A stretch of 64,000 nucleotides of DNA, taken from the NCBI RefSeq assembly GCF_055900595.2, contig NZ_CM148325.1; one strand, written 5' to 3'. Both the position numbers and the translations under genes were made by a program. Positions 39,758 to 49,607 of the stretch are shown piece by piece (the stretch's first letter is position 1; each line of letters opens with the position of its first letter). The notes under the pieces are model-generated. The model was not told the DNA's origin, ran no database searches, and saw nothing but the letters and a program-made list of their open reading frames with translations.

Positions 39758-40225
39758 ATGTCTCACTTGGACGGAATTATTAAAAGATTCGAGTCCAGCT
39801 ACAAAGTTAATGAAACAACAGGTTGCTGGGAGTCTACCTATTCAAAAAACAAAGGAGGATACACAAAATTTGTAGCCTTTGGCGTAACAATGCTTTCTCA
39901 TCGGGTTGCTTTTGAGCTTTATCACTCCCCCATTCCATCTGGGAAGATGGTTTGCCACAAATGCGATAACCCATGCTGCGTTAATCCTGAACATCTCTTT
40001 TTAGGTAGCGCGCAAGAAAACATGGACGACAAGATAGCAAAAGGAAGGCATCGTGGAGCCAAGAAAGGTCATGCTCATCATGGTGCAAAATTAACAGAGT
40101 GGCAGGTTATAGAAATTAGGAAAAGACTCTCTGAAAAAGAGAGTCAGTACAAGATAGCAAAAGACATGGGTGTATCTCAATCAATTATAAGCAACATAAA
40201 AACTGGCAAGAGGTGGAGCAAATGA
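39758..40225 (+). CDS. HNH homing-type endonuclease with C-terminal HTH
   Basis: 155 aa. ...[38 protein letters not shown]... (HNH_3-like) and C-terminal [24 protein letters not shown]. Confidence 0.8.
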   Translation: MSHLDGIIKRFESSYKVNETTGCWESTYSKNKGGYTKFVAFGVTMLSHRVAFELYHSPIPSGKMVCHKCDNPCCVNPEHLFLGSAQENMDDKIAKGRHRGAKKGHAHHGAKLTEWQVIEIRKRLSEKESQYKIAKDMGVSQSIISNIKTGKRWSK

Positions 40226-40728
40226 GTTCTCGCGGGATAAATAAGGTGATTATTCTTGGTCGGGTAGGACAAGACCCGGAAGTTCGATACTCACCATCAG
40301 GAACAGCGTTCGCTAACCTGACAATAGCCACGTCAGAACAATGGCGAGATAAAAATACTGGCGAGCAAAAGGAATTGACTGAATGGCATCGTGTTGCTGT
40401 ATCCGGGAAACTGGCTGAGGTCGTGGGGCAGTATGTGAAAAAAGGTGATCAGATTTATTTCGAGGGAATGCTGAGAACCAGAAAGTGGAAAGACCAGTCA
40501 GGGCAAGACCGTTACACAACCGAGGTTCATGTCGGAATTAATGGTGTGATGCAAATGCTTGGCGGCATTGGCGACAGCAAACAACAAGCATCCAGCAGGC
40601 AATCACAGAAGCCACAGCAGCAATCATCACCAGCACAACACAACGAACCTCCGATGGATTTTGACGACGATATACCCTTTGCACCAGTAACTCTCCCCTT
40701 CCCTCGTCACGCTATTCACGCAATTTAA
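40222..40728 (+). CDS. ssb: Single-stranded DNA-binding protein
   Basis: [23 protein letters not shown]... OB fold and acidic tail [11 protein letters not shown] overlaps the HNH stop. Confidence 0.92.
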   Translation: MSSRGINKVIILGRVGQDPEVRYSPSGTAFANLTIATSEQWRDKNTGEQKELTEWHRVAVSGKLAEVVGQYVKKGDQIYFEGMLRTRKWKDQSGQDRYTTEVHVGINGVMQMLGGIGDSKQQASSRQSQKPQQQSSPAQHNEPPMDFDDDIPFAPVTLPFPRHAIHAI

Positions 40729-40741
40729 TCAGGAGAAAATC

Positions 40742-41035
40742 ATGCCAGCGCCTCAGTATGGTGCGGATGACCCGCGCCGCTGTTCCGGCAATTCCGTATC
40801 GGAGGTGCTGGATAAATTCAGAAAAAACTACGACCTGATAATGTCGCTACCGCAGGAAACGAAAGAGGAAAAGGAATTTCGCCATTGTATATGGCTTGCA
40901 GAGAAAGAAGAACGCGAGCGAATTTACCAGACATCAATCCGACCATTCCGCAAAGCCACATATACCCACTTCCCTGAAATTGACCCGCGCCTGCGTAATT
41001 ACCGCTCACGCTATGGCGCTATCAGTAATGACTGA
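40742..41035 (+). CDS. Hypothetical early protein (97 aa)
   Basis: ORF track; tightly packed in the PL operon. Confidence 0.55.
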   Translation: MPAPQYGADDPRRCSGNSVSEVLDKFRKNYDLIMSLPQETKEEKEFRHCIWLAEKEERERIYQTSIRPFRKATYTHFPEIDPRLRNYRSRYGAISND

Positions 41036-41045
41036 GGAATTTACC

Positions 41046-41210
41046 ATGAGAGGACTTGCATACAATCCCGGCATTCTTCCGGCAGAAATGATTATTCGCC
41101 AACGCGTAAAGCCAATGCCATCGAGAGAGGAATTGCTTAAGAGAAATTCTTTTCCATCAGTGTATCAAAACAAATATCTGAATGCAATGTGGCGGAGTGG
41201 GAAGAAATGA
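41046..41210 (+). CDS. Hypothetical early protein (54 aa)
   Basis: GAGGAA-N6-ATG; [34 protein letters not shown]... Confidence 0.45.
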   Translation: MRGLAYNPGILPAEMIIRQRVKPMPSREELLKRNSFPSVYQNKYLNAMWRSGKK

Positions 41211-41626
41211 AACAAATGTCACTAATTGAGATGGATGGATTTCTGAAAGGTAAATGCATCCCAAGTGATTTAAAGGTTAACGAAACAAACGCTGATTATC
41301 TGGTGCGTAAATTTGCTGAAGCGGAGGCCAAGTGCGCGGCGCTTGCGGCGGAGAATGAGCTGGCTCGTAAGGCAGTTCAGGCATTCTGCGATGTTGTTGG
41401 CGACAACACCGAGGTTATCGCTGAGGTGGTTGGGCGAGATGGCGTTCTGGTTATTTTGGAGGCCATGAAGGCAACAGGAAATATGCCAGCCACCGATGCT
41501 TTTCTGGCTGAAGTACGGGCGCAGGGTGTTGAATTGTTGCGCGAGCATCCTGCTATCCAGATTTGCTCTTTAACGCACGTATGCGACGAGTTCGCCGCCC
41601 AGCTTCGTCAGGGGGAAGCGGTATGA
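41207..41626 (+). CDS. Hypothetical early protein (139 aa, Ead/Ea22-like region)
   Basis: ATG overlaps the preceding stop (ATGA); coiled-coil [20 protein letters not shown]. Confidence 0.55.
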   Translation: MKQMSLIEMDGFLKGKCIPSDLKVNETNADYLVRKFAEAEAKCAALAAENELARKAVQAFCDVVGDNTEVIAEVVGRDGVLVILEAMKATGNMPATDAFLAEVRAQGVELLREHPAIQICSLTHVCDEFAAQLRQGEAV

Positions 41627-41940
41627 GCATAGTTGATGATTCACATCTTACAGACGAAGTGGTTAACGCCGCTTTCGAAGGTACCAATTTCGGGCGCACT
41701 GATTTCCGCACCATTCTGGCAGAAACAGTTATGAAGCGTGCTGCTGGCTATCACTCTGGCTACACGGCAACGACTATCTGTATTCGCCTGGGATTGCTTG
41801 GCAAACACGATCGCCCGACAAAACTCGGCCTGACCTTCGCTTTCCATCACTACTACAGGCCATGCGTTCGCGAAGCGCTGATTTCGCATAACAGCCTTGA
41901 AGTATGGGCAAAACTTGGAGCACAGGAGTCCGCCAAATGA
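41623..41940 (+). CDS. Hypothetical early protein (105 aa)
   Basis: ATGA overlap with the upstream gene; [20 protein letters not shown]... Confidence 0.55.
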   Translation: MSIVDDSHLTDEVVNAAFEGTNFGRTDFRTILAETVMKRAAGYHSGYTATTICIRLGLLGKHDRPTKLGLTFAFHHYYRPCVREALISHNSLEVWAKLGAQESAK

Positions 41941-42224
41941 GCAACATCAACAAACAGGCGCTGATTGCAAAAATCAAAAAGCAGGCCGAAAGCTTCGACA
42001 CAGTGGTGTTGAGAGAGGATGAAGCTAACGCGCTGCTGGATGAGCTGGAAGCAGCAGAGAAGCGGATTGCTGAACTGGAAGCGCGGGAAATACTGCTCCC
42101 GGAACGTAGCAGCATGCTTCATCGAACAGATTTTCACGATGATTACCAAACGGTAATGGCATACAAAGTTTCTGAAGTCATCGATGCAATCCGCGCCGCT
42201 GGCATTCGTATCAAAGGAGAGTGA
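41937..42224 (+). CDS. Hypothetical early coiled-coil protein (95 aa)
   Basis: ATGA overlap; MSNINKQALIAKIKKQAESFDTVVLREDEANALLDELEAAEKRIAELEA... Confidence 0.55.
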   Translation: MSNINKQALIAKIKKQAESFDTVVLREDEANALLDELEAAEKRIAELEAREILLPERSSMLHRTDFHDDYQTVMAYKVSEVIDAIRAAGIRIKGE

Positions 42225-42225
42225 T

Positions 42226-42447
42226 ATGGCTAACTCATTACTTGAAACCTGCAACAACTGGCAGATTCAGAGGGCGGAGATTTTATCTCGCAATCCAGAT
42301 ATGGCAATGACAATTGATAATCTGGACACGCTAATTGAACGGACCGTGCGTTCTGCAATTGATATAGCACATCGAGTGGATTGGGATTTCAGAGAAGCGG
42401 AGCGACTTGCTAAAGAGCAGGCGAAAGCAGCGGGTAAAGGAGAGTGA
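42226..42447 (+). CDS. Hypothetical early protein (73 aa)
   Basis: GGAGAGTGATATG context; MANSLLETCNNWQIQRAEIL... Confidence 0.5.
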   Translation: MANSLLETCNNWQIQRAEILSRNPDMAMTIDNLDTLIERTVRSAIDIAHRVDWDFREAERLAKEQAKAAGKGE

Positions 42448-42448
42448 T

Positions 42449-42646
42449 ATGGATAAAAACACCACTGCTTACTGGAGTCTTTCACTTGATACCGAATGTC
42501 CCAAATGCGGCCACAATTTCGATCTGCTTTGCGATGCTGATTTCTGGGAATTTTCTGGAGCAAAACAGGCATGTGAAGAAATAAAAGGTTACGAAACATG
42601 CTGCCCAGAATGTAACCATGAATTTAAAACAGATTTTGTGTATTGA
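42449..42646 (+). CDS. Small zinc-ribbon protein (65 aa)
   Basis: Same GGAGAGTGATATG context as the previous gene; CPKCG...CCPECN. Confidence 0.55.
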   Translation: MDKNTTAYWSLSLDTECPKCGHNFDLLCDADFWEFSGAKQACEEIKGYETCCPECNHEFKTDFVY

Positions 42647-42656
42647 GGCATAACGA

Positions 42657-43857
42657 ATGACCACTTTTACTAAAGAACAATTAATAGAGATAATTAAGCG
42701 CAATATAACGGTTATGGATCGTTATCCTGATTTAGTAACTGCACAAATGGATCTGGAAGTATACAAAATTGCGCTGGCATCACTGGAAGCAGAACCAGTT
42801 GCTTATATTTTCAAACATCCGGCCGGGAAATTATTCTGGGCTTTAACGGATGAAAGCAATAAAGAGCAACCGGACGTTATTCCTGTTTATGCTGACTCAC
42901 CTGCGCCGGTTGTGCCGGATGAAATAGACGTAAACGATGTACCAAGGGCGGTGACATATTTCAAGACACACAGAGATTGTTACGCAGATGGCTGGAACGC
43001 CTGCCGCGCCGCCATGCTTCAGTCCGGAAACTTTCGGGAAAACAAGAATTCGTCAACCAATAATTTTCGGGAAATCGCGGAAACGTCAACCAACTATCCG
43101 GTAATTCCTAGTGAGGTGTTGTCCGCAATCCTGAAGGTTGCCAAGATTCGTGCCGATTTCGATGATTTTGACGGTGACAGGCGAGGTATCGGTGATTGTC
43201 TGGATGAGGCTGAGCAAGAGCTTATCGTTACCATTAACAAATATGCCAGTCAGTTGGCAGCAGAACCGATAGCGACTAATGACGTTCGAGAGCAAACAGC
43301 CGTTCCGCCAGTTCCTGTAATACAGGCTGATGTCGCGCAGGCAATTGAAAAACTCAAACGGAAATTAGTGGAATGCAATCGCTATAACTACTGCGCAGAT
43401 GCAGTTAAGGGCGTTGAGTATGCCTGCCACGCTGCCACGCTGCCACGCTGCCATGCTTCAGGGTAGCCAACCTGTAAGCCAAACTTACAAGTTTCCAGTT
43501 AATACACCTTGCCAGGATGCGCCAGCCCATATCTGGCTGCAAACAGCTGGAGTATGGCCAGAAGATGGCGAGTTAAGCGAATTAACGTGGTGCAGCCACA
43601 ATCAGCACCATGATGACACGCTATATGTTCGAGCTGACTTGGTAAATGGCAATTCTCCGGTAACTCCGGATGGTTGGATAAGCTGTAGTGATCGAATGCC
43701 AAACGAAGAAGATGTTTTGGTTTATTGCTCAGACACTAAAGAGCAGATGGTAGGGTTTCACAAAGGTAAAGGGTTATTTCAATTCTTTTACATGAATGGT
43801 GTTGAGGGGGTATGTGAGCCGTCACACTGGATGCCGCTACCAGAGCCTCCACTTTGA
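42657..43857 (+). pseudogene. Ea22/Ead-like plus DUF551-type early gene split into two ORFs (42657-43466, 43399-43857) by an octamer expansion
   Basis: ORF1 ends ...VEYACHAATLPRCHASG*. ORF2 reads ...HAAMLQGSQP... Removing two of the three CTGCCACG units joins them as ...YACHAAMLQGSQP... The C-terminus HWMPLPEPP is DUF551-like. Confidence 0.55.
43424..43455. repeat. Tandem octamer (CTGCCACG x3 plus CTGCCATG)
   Basis: Read directly: CTGCCACG CTGCCACG CTGCCACG CTGCCATG. Confidence 0.95.
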
Positions 43858-43953
43858 AAGCGAAGCTTATACATATCTTTTACATCAGCAATCTATTGTT
43901 AATCTCCAATCAATGTTACGTTGTCATCTCACTCATGCTTTGGAGGTAGTGAT

Positions 43954-44133
43954 ATGTCTTGTCCAAAATGCGGTTCTGGAAATATTGCAAAAGAAAAAAC
44001 AATGCGTGGATGGTCTGGTGATTATGTGTGCTGCGATTGCGGATACAACGACTCTAAAGACGCATTTGGAGAGCGTGGTAAAAACGAGTTTGTCAAAATT
44101 AATAAAGATCGCGAAGGCAACGGAAAAAGCTAA
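43954..44133 (+). CDS. Small zinc-ribbon protein (59 aa)
   Basis: GGAGGTAGTGATATG; MSCPKCGSGNIAKEKTMRGWSGDYVCCDCGY... Confidence 0.55.
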   Translation: MSCPKCGSGNIAKEKTMRGWSGDYVCCDCGYNDSKDAFGERGKNEFVKINKDREGNGKS

Positions 44134-44196
44134 TTTATTTATTCATATATGAAAACAATGTAACCAATATTCGAATTGAAGAACTGAAAGAACACC

Positions 44197-44220
44197 AAGC
44201 CGCCTGATGGCGGTTTTTTC
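44197..44220 (+). terminator. Intrinsic terminator upstream of xis
   Basis: CCGCC-TGAT-GGCGG then TTTTTTC. Confidence 0.6.
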
Positions 44221-44234
44221 TTGCGTGTAATTGC
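44221..44234 (+). promoter_or_regulatory. CII box of PI (int promoter)
   Basis: TTGCGTGTAATTGC (TTGC-N6-TTGC), just upstream of and overlapping the xis start region, as in lambda. Confidence 0.7.
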
Positions 44235-44246
44235 GGAGACTTTGCG

Positions 44247-44465
44247 ATGTACTTGACACTTCAGGAGTGGAACGCACGCCAGCGACGCCCAAGAAGCCTT
44301 GAAACAGTTCGTCGATGGGTACGCGAGTGCAGGATATTCCCTCCTCCGGTTAAGGATGGAAGAGAGTATCTGTTCCACGAATCAGCGGTAAAGGTTGACT
44401 TAAATCGACCAGTAACAGGTAGCCTTTTGAAGAGGATCAGAAATGGGAAGAAGGCGAAGTCATGA
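44247..44465 (+). CDS. xis: Excisionase (lambda Xis)
   Basis: 72 aa, MYLTLQEWNARQRRPRSLETVRRWVRECRIFPPPVKDGREYLFHESAVKVDLNRP... Confidence 0.95.
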   Translation: MYLTLQEWNARQRRPRSLETVRRWVRECRIFPPPVKDGREYLFHESAVKVDLNRPVTGSLLKRIRNGKKAKS

Positions 44466-45513
44466 GCGCCGGGATTTACCCCCTAACCTTTATATAAGAA
44501 ACAATGGATATTACTGCTACAGGGACCCAAGGACGGGTAAAGAGTTTGGATTAGGCAGAGACAGGCGAATCGCAATCACTGAAGCCATACAGGCCAACAT
44601 TGAGTTATTTTCAGGACACAAACACAAGCCTCTGACAGCGAGAATCAACAGTGATAATTCCGTTACGTTACATTCATGGCTTGATCGCTACGAAAAAATC
44701 CTGGCCAGCAGAGGAATCAAGCAGAAGACACTCATAAATTACATGAGCAAAATTAAAGCAATAAGGAGGGGTCTGCCTGATGCTCCACTTGAAGACATCA
44801 CCACAAAAGAAATTGCGGCAATGCTCAATGGATACATAGACGAGGGCAAGGCGGCGTCAGCCAAGTTAATCAGATCAACACTGAGCGATGGATTCCGAGA
44901 GGCAATAGCTGAAGGCCATATAACAACAAACCCTGTCGCTGCCACTCGCGCAGCAAAATCAGAGGTAAGGAGATCAAGACTTACGGCTGACGAATACCTG
45001 AAAATTTATCAAGCAGCAGAATCATCACCATGTTGGCTCAGACTTGCAATGGAACTGGCTGTTGTTACCGGGCAACGAGTTGGTGATTTATGCGAAATGA
45101 AGTGGTCTGATATCGTAGATGGATATCTTTATGTCGAGCAAAGCAAAACAGGCGTAAAAATTGCCATCCCAACAGCATTGCATGTTGATGCTCTCGGAAT
45201 ATCAATGAAGGAAACACTTGATAAATGCAAAGAGATTCTTGGCGGAGAAACCATAATTGCATCTACTCGTCGCGAACCGCTTTCATCCGGCACAGTATCA
45301 AGGTATTTTATGCGCGCACGAAAAGCATCAGGTCTTTCCTTCGAAGGGGATCCGCCTACCTTTCACGAGTTGCGCAGTTTGTCTGCAAGACTCTATGAGA
45401 AGCAGATAAGCGATAAGTTTGCTCAACATCTTCTCGGGCATAAGTCGGACACCATGGCATCACAGTATCGTGATGACAGAGGCAGGGAGTGGGACAAAAT
45501 TGAAATCAAATAA
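44443..45513 (+). CDS. int: Tyrosine integrase (lambda Int)
   Basis: 356 aa, MGRRRSHERRDLPPNLYIRNNGYYCYRDPRTGKEFGLGRDRRIAITEA...HELRSLSARLY...LLGHKSDTMASQY. Confidence 0.96.
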   Translation: MGRRRSHERRDLPPNLYIRNNGYYCYRDPRTGKEFGLGRDRRIAITEAIQANIELFSGHKHKPLTARINSDNSVTLHSWLDRYEKILASRGIKQKTLINYMSKIKAIRRGLPDAPLEDITTKEIAAMLNGYIDEGKAASAKLIRSTLSDGFREAIAEGHITTNPVAATRAAKSEVRRSRLTADEYLKIYQAAESSPCWLRLAMELAVVTGQRVGDLCEMKWSDIVDGYLYVEQSKTGVKIAIPTALHVDALGISMKETLDKCKEILGGETIIASTRREPLSSGTVSRYFMRARKASGLSFEGDPPTFHELRSLSARLYEKQISDKFAQHLLGHKSDTMASQYRDDRGREWDKIEIK

Positions 45514-45601
45514 TGATTTTATTTTGACTGATAGTGACCTGTTCGTTGCAACAAATTGATAAGCAATGCTTTTTTATAATGCCAACTTAGTATAAAAAAG
45601 C
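45514..45601. other. attL-type junction (B-O-P'): lambda-like P' arm plus att core
   Basis: AATGATTTTATTTTGACTGATAGTGACCTGTTCGTTGCAACAAATTGATAAGCAATGCTTTTTTATAATGCCAAC, then core TTAGTATAAAAAAGC (45587-45601), then host AGGCTTCA. Confidence 0.9.
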
Positions 45602-45647
45602 AGGCTTCAACGGATTCATTTTTCTATTTCATAGCCCGGAGCAACCT

Positions 45648-46931
45648 GTGAACACATTTTCAGTTTCCCGTCTGGCGCTGGCATTGGCTTTTGGCGTGAC
45701 GCTGACCGCCTGTAGCTCAACACCGCCCGATCAACGTCCTTCTGATCAAACCGCGCCTGGTACCTCTTCTCGCCCGATTCTGTCGGCAAAAGAAGCGCAG
45801 AATTTCGATGCTCAACACTATTTTGCGTCCCTGACGCCAGGTGCTGCAGCGTGGAATCCTTCCCCGATTACTCTGCCTGCGCAACCTGACTTTGTTGTCG
45901 GCCCGGCGGGTACTCCGGGTGTAACGCATACCACGATTCAGGCGGCGGTAGATGCGGCAATTATCAAGCGCACCAACAAGCGCCAGTATATTGCCGTGAT
46001 GCCTGGTGAGTATCAGGGAACGGTGTATGTCCCTGCTGCTCCGGGTGGAATTACTCTGTACGGTACAGGTGAAAAACCGATTGATGTGAAGATTGGGCTT
46101 TCCCTTGATGGGAGCATGAGCCCTGCCGACTGGCGTCACGACGTCAACCCGCGCGGCAAATATATGCCAGGTAAACCAGCGTGGTATATGTACGATAGCT
46201 GCCAGAGCAAACGCAGCGACAGTATCGGCGTTCTGTGTTCTGCGGTCTTCTGGTCACAAAACAACGGCCTGCAACTGCAAAACCTGACCATCGAAAACAC
46301 GCTGGGTGATAGCGTAGATGCGGGTAACCATCCGGCGGTGGCACTGCGTACTGATGGCGACAAAGTGCAGATCAATAACGTCAACATTCTCGGTCGTCAG
46401 AATACATTCTTTGTCACCAACAGTGGTGTGCAAAACCGTCTGGAAACCAACCGTCAGCCGCGTACTCTGGTGACCAACAGTTACATTGAAGGGGATGTGG
46501 ATATCGTTTCTGGTCGCGGCGCAGTGGTGTTCGATAATACCGAATTCCGCGTGGTGAACTCACGTACTCAGCAAGAAGCGTATGTGTTTGCACCGGCTAC
46601 GCTGTCTAACATCTATTACGGTTTCCTCGCCGTAAACAGCCGCTTCAATGCTTCCGGTGATGGCGTGGCGCAACTGGGCCGCTCGCTGGATGTTGATGCC
46701 AATACCAACGGTCAGGTGGTGATCCGTGATAGCGCCATCAACGAAGGTTTTAACACGGCTAAACCGTGGGCCGATGCGGTGATTTCCAATCGCCCGTTTG
46801 CGGGTAATACTGGCAACGTTGATGATAACGACGAAGTACAGCGTAATCTGAATGACACTAACTACAACCGCATGTGGGAATACAATAACCGCGGCGTGGG
46901 TAGCAAAGTGGTTGCAGAGGCGAAGAAGTAA
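45648..46931 (+). CDS. ybhC: Pectinesterase-family outer-membrane lipoprotein / acyl-CoA thioesterase YbhC
   Basis: 427 aa, GTG start, lipobox LTACSS, parallel beta-helix family; flanks attB(lambda) on the gal side. Confidence 0.9.
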   Translation: MNTFSVSRLALALAFGVTLTACSSTPPDQRPSDQTAPGTSSRPILSAKEAQNFDAQHYFASLTPGAAAWNPSPITLPAQPDFVVGPAGTPGVTHTTIQAAVDAAIIKRTNKRQYIAVMPGEYQGTVYVPAAPGGITLYGTGEKPIDVKIGLSLDGSMSPADWRHDVNPRGKYMPGKPAWYMYDSCQSKRSDSIGVLCSAVFWSQNNGLQLQNLTIENTLGDSVDAGNHPAVALRTDGDKVQINNVNILGRQNTFFVTNSGVQNRLETNRQPRTLVTNSYIEGDVDIVSGRGAVVFDNTEFRVVNSRTQQEAYVFAPATLSNIYYGFLAVNSRFNASGDGVAQLGRSLDVDANTNGQVVIRDSAINEGFNTAKPWADAVISNRPFAGNTGNVDDNDEVQRNLNDTNYNRMWEYNNRGVGSKVVAEAKK

Positions 46932-46947
46932 AAGCGATTAACTTTTT

Positions 46948-47150
<203 letters not shown>

Positions 47151-47163
47151 CACATGGCGCTTT

Positions 47164-49425
47164 TTACATCTGACGGTTTTTATTGAAGTTAATCAAACTA
47201 CCCGCCTTGATAATCTCGCGCTCTTCAGCAGTCAGACTTTCCATATAGAGCGTAATCTCTGTTACCGGCGCATCTTCATGGATCACATAACCTTTAAACG
47301 TCGTCCCCGGATTATCCAGCGCCGCTTTAATGCCAGGGATGTAAATGTAATCGCCCACTTCAAAGTTCGGTGCTTCCGCCATCTGCAGCGGTAACATTCC
47401 CCAGTTGATGACGTTAGAACGGTAGCGTTTAGTCGCGTATTCCTCGGCAATATTCGCCAGACCGCCAATCACACGCTGGCAGCTCGCCGCCTGCTCACGC
47501 GCAGAACCATCGCCTGGTTTCACCGCATAGACCATGCTGCCAATTTCAGTTTGCAGCGGATCAATATGCTCCTGACCAGCAATCTGCTTAATGCGCGCAA
47601 ACACCTCTGTCAGCTCGCTGACATTGCCCGCCAGACGCTGATTTTCCAGCTCAGCAGTCGCTTTACTTCTGCCAACATAACCTGGATCGCGGCGTGACAG
47701 GGTAAACTCCGCCAAACCAATCGGATTTGAACGATAAGAAGAGGTTTCACCGGAAGGAATCAGTTCGTCGGTGGTGGTGACTTCGTCGAGGATCTTCGAG
47801 CACACTTTGAGGACGATATTGTCAGTCAGCGCCCCCAATTCCGGCCAGTCTTTAATGTTCGGTCCGTAAATCAGCGGTTGCTGGGTCGCCCCTTTCACAA
47901 AGCCCTGATAAACACGGTTTTTATACGGCGTTACATCGAAGGCGTACTCCGGCACGTTGTCCCAGCAATCGAGTTCGCTGGCAGAGGTTAAATAGCCTCC
48001 GTTTGCCGCAGTCGCAGCAATAGAACGGGCGTCCATCAACGCCACCGCTGACATCTGACCATTAGCTGGCTTAGAGCCTTCGCGGTTCGGGAAGTTACGC
48101 GTGGTGTGGCGAATACTCAAACCGTTGTTGATTGGCGTATCACCCGCACCGAAGCATGGGCCGCAGAACGCGGTTCTGATGATTGCGCCTGCGCCAATCA
48201 AATCTGCTACCATGCCTTTTTTGGCTAAATCCATAAACACCGACTGTGATGACGGATAAACCGCCAGCGAGAAGGTGTCATTGCCACAGGATTGACCGCG
48301 CAGCGCATTCGCCGCCGCGATGACGTTTTCGTAGTTACCGCCAGAACAGCCCGCGATAATCCCCTGCTGCACTTTCAGGCGACCATTTTCCACTTTATCC
48401 AGCAGCGAGAGTTTGGCTTTACCGTGCGCCACGCGCTCGGACTCAATTTCAATCTCACGCAGAATGTCAGTCAGGTTCTGGTTCAGCATGTCGATTTCAT
48501 ACACGTTGCTCGGGTGGAACGGCAGCGCAATCATTGGTTTGATGGCGCTTAAATCAACGCTGATGCAGCCATCGTAGTACGCCATCGGTTGAGGGTTAAG
48601 CTGGCAGTAATCCTGGCCGCGACCGTGCAGCGCCAGCCAGTTATGGACTTCTTCATCAGTTTGCCAGACAGAACTTAAACAGGTAGTTTCAGTGGTCATC
48701 ACGTCAACGCTGTTACGGAAATCGGTAGAGAGCGCCGCAACACCGGGACCCACGAACTCCATCACTTTGTTTTTGACGTAGCCGTTTTTGAACACGGCAC
48801 CGATGATAGCCAGCGCCACATCCTGCGGCCCCACATACGGCGCAGGTTTTCCGGTCAAATGCACCGCAACAACTCCCGGATAGTCGATATCCCAGGTGTC
48901 ATTAAGCAGCTGTTTTACCAACTCACCGCCACCCTCACCGACTGCCATTGTCCCTAATGCACCGTAACGGGTGTGGCTGTCTGACCCGAGGATCATTTTG
49001 CCGCCGCCTGCCATCATCTCACGCATATATTGATGGATGACCGCAATATGTGGAGGCACAAAAATACCGCCATAACGCTGCGCTGCCGATAAACCAAAAA
49101 CATGGTCATCACCGTTAATGGTGCCGCCGACGGCGCAGAGTGAGTTATGGCAGTTGGTCAGCACATACGGCAGCGGGAAACGTTCCATACCGGACGCTTT
49201 AGCGGTCTGTACAATACCAACAAAGGTAATATCGTGAGAGGCTAATGAATCAAACTTAATTTTAAGTTTATCCATATTTCCGGACGTATTATGAGAAGAG
49301 AGAATAGACCAGGCAATAGTGCCTTTTTTTGCTTCTTCTTTTTTAATTTCGCCGGTGAAATGTTCTTCGGCAATTATTTCGTTATTACTGGCGAGAAACA
49401 CGCCTTTTTCAGATAACTTGATCAT
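47164..49425 (-). CDS. ybhJ: Aconitase-family hydratase YbhJ
   Basis: ORF 47164-49449; start taken at [18 protein letters not shown] (49425); aconitase-type domains. Confidence 0.88.
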   Translation of the reverse strand: MIKLSEKGVFLASNNEIIAEEHFTGEIKKEEAKKGTIAWSILSSHNTSGNMDKLKIKFDSLASHDITFVGIVQTAKASGMERFPLPYVLTNCHNSLCAVGGTINGDDHVFGLSAAQRYGGIFVPPHIAVIHQYMREMMAGGGKMILGSDSHTRYGALGTMAVGEGGGELVKQLLNDTWDIDYPGVVAVHLTGKPAPYVGPQDVALAIIGAVFKNGYVKNKVMEFVGPGVAALSTDFRNSVDVMTTETTCLSSVWQTDEEVHNWLALHGRGQDYCQLNPQPMAYYDGCISVDLSAIKPMIALPFHPSNVYEIDMLNQNLTDILREIEIESERVAHGKAKLSLLDKVENGRLKVQQGIIAGCSGGNYENVIAAANALRGQSCGNDTFSLAVYPSSQSVFMDLAKKGMVADLIGAGAIIRTAFCGPCFGAGDTPINNGLSIRHTTRNFPNREGSKPANGQMSAVALMDARSIAATAANGGYLTSASELDCWDNVPEYAFDVTPYKNRVYQGFVKGATQQPLIYGPNIKDWPELGALTDNIVLKVCSKILDEVTTTDELIPSGETSSYRSNPIGLAEFTLSRRDPGYVGRSKATAELENQRLAGNVSELTEVFARIKQIAGQEHIDPLQTEIGSMVYAVKPGDGSAREQAASCQRVIGGLANIAEEYATKRYRSNVINWGMLPLQMAEAPNFEVGDYIYIPGIKAALDNPGTTFKGYVIHEDAPVTEITLYMESLTAEEREIIKAGSLINFNKNRQM

Positions 49426-49480
49426 CAAATGCTCCAGATATCTGCGCACCGTTAAGTACGCAGAAAGATAATAAATGGAT

Positions 49481-49605
49481 ATACTCTAAATAATTCGAGT
49501 TGCAGGAAGGCGGCAAGCGAGTGAATCCCCAGGAGCTTACATAAGTAAGTGACTGGGGTGAGCGAACGCAGACGCAGCACATGCAACTTGAAGTATGACG
49601 AGTAT
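49481..49605. repeat. ERIC (IRU) element
   Basis: Contains GTGAATCCCCAGGAGCTTACAT and AAGTAAGTGACTGGGGTGAGCG (the ERIC1R/ERIC2 primer sequences). Terminal inverted ends ATACTC...GAGTAT. Confidence 0.85.
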
Positions 49606-49607
49606 AT

